Below are positions 16,596 through 18,365 of a DNA stretch of 18,365 bases, piece by piece (position 1 is the stretch's first letter; every line of letters starts with the position of its first letter). Under the pieces are notes generated by a model. The model saw nothing but the letters and a program-made list of their open reading frames with translations. It was not told the origin of the DNA and made no database searches. The translations under genes and the position numbers were made by a program. Source of the stretch: Nitrospinota bacterium. GTDB taxonomy: Bacteria > UBA8248. The stretch is taken from the NCBI GenBank assembly GCA_046581755.1, contig JAYGFR010000017.1:1-18365 (forward strand), given 5' to 3'.

Positions 16596-16847
16596 ATGAG
16601 ACTCGATGCCCTGAGGCTGGGCCTGGCCGCCGGAATCGTCTGGGCCGCAGGGGTCGTCTTTCTTGCTATTTACGCCCGTATTACCGGGTGGGGAGGCCCC
16701 GCTATTGCCGTTATGGCCAGCCTCTACATCGGCTACGGCGCCACCTGGGCCGGGGCGATCATCGGCGCGATTTGGGGATTTATCGACGGATTTATCGGCG
16801 GGTTTCTGATCGCCTAGGTGTACAACCGCCTGCTTCCCCCGGAATAG
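16596..16847 (+). pseudogene. Small two-TM membrane protein of the family often annotated 'bacteriophage holin', with premature TAG at 16815-16817
   Basis: MRLDALRLGLAAGIVWA..SLYIGYGATWAGAIIGAIWGFIDGFIGGFLIA*VYNRLLPPE*; as recalled, this family ends ..IAWLYN.., so TAG occupies a TGG position. GGAGG RBS. The 73-aa truncated product may still be made. Confidence 0.7.
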
Positions 16848-16985
16848 CTGGGAAAACGTGGGGTTGGGACCCATTACAGGCCCTTGGAAATTTTTCTGGC
16901 ATTTTCAGGGTTCGGGGCGAATATTCACTAGAAGACACCAATTCGAGACGATGAGCCGAAATGATGAGAAGGGGGGGGGGACATC

Positions 16986-17258
16986 ATGGGGGAGAATTTC
17001 ATCGGGAGGGTCATCCACTACTTTCCCAGGGTGGGGGTCGCTGGAATCGAGCTCGAAGGCCCGCTCGCCACGGGCAGCCGGATTCACATCAGCGGCTATA
17101 CGACAGACCTGGAGCAAATCGTCGATTCGATGGAGGTGGAAAACAAGTCCATCGAGTGCGCCTCCTCCGGAGATCGGGTGGCCATCCGCGTAGAAGATAG
17201 AGTGCGCGAGAACGACGCCATCTATCTGGTCACCGAAGAGGAATTGACGGCGGCCTGA
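16986..17258 (+). CDS. Translation elongation factor-like small beta-barrel protein (EF-Tu domain II / U32 C-terminal-like)
   Basis: IGRVIHYFPRVGVAGIEL..L..G..IHI.GYTTDLEQ.V.SMEVE..I..A..GD.VAI.V..RVREND.IY matches this stand-alone ~90-aa family. Confidence 0.85.
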   Translation: MGENFIGRVIHYFPRVGVAGIELEGPLATGSRIHISGYTTDLEQIVDSMEVENKSIECASSGDRVAIRVEDRVRENDAIYLVTEEELTAA

Positions 17259-17549
17259 CGGGCGGAGCAGCCTTTTGGCGGCTCAATCGCCCCGAAACCG
17301 GGGTTCGGAGATTACTCGCGCCACCGGCGCCACCGGCACTACCTGTGTCGGGGGGGGCAAAGGGCCGGTGCGGGATTCGATCATCCTCTGCCGGCCCCGT
17401 CTATATTCATGGACAAATCGCCTCCGCGAAATGCGCCCGCTCGCCCCCGGTGAGAAACCACATTTACCCCAGAATCCTTGTCTCTTGTTTTTCCATCCCT
17501 TACGAATTTGCGGTTCCGGTGCCATCCAAATTCGCCTTTTTCCCTTCCT

Positions 17550-17604
17550 TTGCAATGTCTAAATTTAAATATTAATAACGCACGCTCCAACCCGAATATT
17601 AATA
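17550..17604 (+). promoter_or_regulatory. AT-rich promoter/operator-like island with two AATATTAATA boxes
   Basis: TTGCAA at 17550-17555; AATATTAATA at 17568-17577 and 17595-17604, each containing the palindrome TATTAATA; very AT-rich against the background. Confidence 0.5.
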
Positions 17605-17745
17605 GGTGAGTCGGATGATACCTTCAGTGGATCGGCCGGGGGAGCATCGCACCGGCGCCGGCTCGCACCTGGCAGGGGCCGGGGGGAGTGGAGGGCTAAC
17701 GGGTAGCGCTCCGGGATAGGAACACACTCTCCAAAAGGAGGTTCT

Positions 17746-17829
17746 ATGAAATTGGATCGGAACCCTGAAACCCGTGCGGAAAATGCTTCCTCCCCGACCT
17801 CGTTTGTCGGCCGGGTAGGGAGGGCATAG
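17746..17829 (+). CDS. Candidate 27-aa small ORF (MKLDRNPETRAENASSPTSFVGRVGRA)
   Basis: Perfect AAGGAGG ending 4 nt before ATG 17746; lies between the AT-rich island and an intrinsic terminator; no recognisable homology. Confidence 0.35.
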   Translation: MKLDRNPETRAENASSPTSFVGRVGRA

Positions 17830-17919
17830 CAGGCTGACAACCAATCACGGGCGGCCTTCCGCCCGGCGCGGTTGAGCGGGATCACAAAAAAAATCCCCGG
17901 CCGCAAGAAAAAGAGTACA

Positions 17920-17954
17920 GAGAGCGGGGTGCAATTCCCCGCTCTCCTTTTTTT
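17920..17954 (+). terminator. Intrinsic terminator, possibly bidirectional
   Basis: 10-bp perfect stem GAGAGCGGGG-TGCAATT-CCCCGCTCTC then C + T7; A-rich tract upstream. Confidence 0.85.
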
Positions 17955-18208
17955 ATCCGGCCCGCTCTCTTTTTTTATGGGATAGCCTCTTAATCGGGAC
18001 ACCCCCCGCCGGGAGATGAGCACCTCGGCCCCGCCCGCTCCTGCCGTGCGCGATTCGGCCGCCCGGCCCGGATGTGCGCCGGGGCTTTCGATGGAGTTTC
18101 CCGCACGGGAGGATCCCCGCACGGAAAGATCCGAGATCAAAGCGCAGAGAGGGTTTCCAGGGAGACTCCGGAGGAGCGCCTATCGTTTTGGGACTGCCGG
18201 AGGGGACC

Positions 18209-18365
18209 CTAGCTCTTCCCTGCGGGGGGTCTCTCGCCGGAATCGAGGTTGGTGGGGAGGCCCCCGGTGTTGAGGGGAACGCCGCCGCCGGCCACCTGCT
18301 CCTTGATGCGGCGCCATTCGTCGTGGAAAACGCGGGTGAAGCCCTTGAAGTGGGGAATGACGTGG
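18209..18365 (-). CDS. C-terminal fragment of a probable LLM-class flavin-dependent oxidoreductase (runs off window end)
   Basis: Minus frame HVIPHFKGFTRVFHDEWRRIKEQVAGGGVPLNTGGLPTNLDSGERPPAGKS*; HVIPHF resembles the last helix of luciferase-like monooxygenases; GC3-rich codons. Not in the ORF track. Confidence 0.6.
   Translation of the reverse strand, partial: HVIPHFKGFTRVFHDEWRRIKEQVAGGGVPLNTGGLPTNLDSGERPPAGKS

Noticed and set aside
16815..16817. Amber recoding (pyrrolysine or reassigned TAG)
   Set aside because: TAG is the natural stop of several intact genes here (2118, 4446, 7670, glcF, VOC), and no pyl genes are in view; a TGG>TAG change is simpler.
16596..16847. Prophage remnant
   Set aside because: No endolysin, integrase or structural phage genes nearby.
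352..16954. Other long overlapping ORFs (e.g. 4454..5920 -, 6333..7682 -, 12161..13570 -, 14491..15936 -, 15995..16954 +)
   Set aside because: They overlap genes with clear family motifs and show antisense/off-frame composition.
17350..17720. c-di-GMP or cobalamin riboswitch fragments (GGCAAA, GCTAA..GTAGC)
   Set aside because: Isolated short matches without the required order and stems, and no suitable downstream gene.
17830..17950. tmRNA or tRNA (GCT GAC AAC tag-like start; GGGGTGCAATTCCCC T-arm-like hairpin)
   Set aside because: No acceptor stem, CCA end or GGGG-type 5' partner; the frame does not end in AA-stop; the hairpin is followed by a U-tract as in a terminator.
17275..18273. ORF-track ORFs in the last intergenic region (17275..17562, 17283..17555, 17565..18140, 18016..18273 etc.)
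   Set aside because: No convincing RBS or homology, low-complexity translation, and several cross the terminator or the LLM gene end.

Overview
GC-rich bacterial window with four parts. (1) The 3' tip of an IS110-family element (1-147). (2) A tightly packed + strand operon (397-7670) of five predicted Sec-exported proteins followed by a large MscS-family channel. The five are an LPP20-like/caspase-like (peptidase C14) fusion with an intact His-Cys dyad, two FlgT-N/LPP20-like proteins, a small Ig-like protein and a CsgG/FlgO-like + DUF4384 protein. This is the best candidate for an undescribed system: an extracytoplasmic orthocaspase with ring/scaffold partners. (3) A catabolic block: glcD-glcE-glcF (-), a divergent monocarboxylate-type MFS transporter (+), and a VOC dioxygenase-like / Ldh_2 dehydrogenase / LVIVD beta-propeller operon (-). 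The last 11 codons of glcE occur in three tandem, diverged copies. (4) Two small + strand genes (a holin-like membrane protein with a premature TAG, and an EF-Tu-domain-II-like barrel protein with a G10 run as its RBS), an ~950 bp intergenic region containing a candidate structured RNA/sORF unit with its own terminator, and the 3' end of a probable LLM-class oxidoreductase (-). All family calls come from motif recognition by eye; no database search was run.
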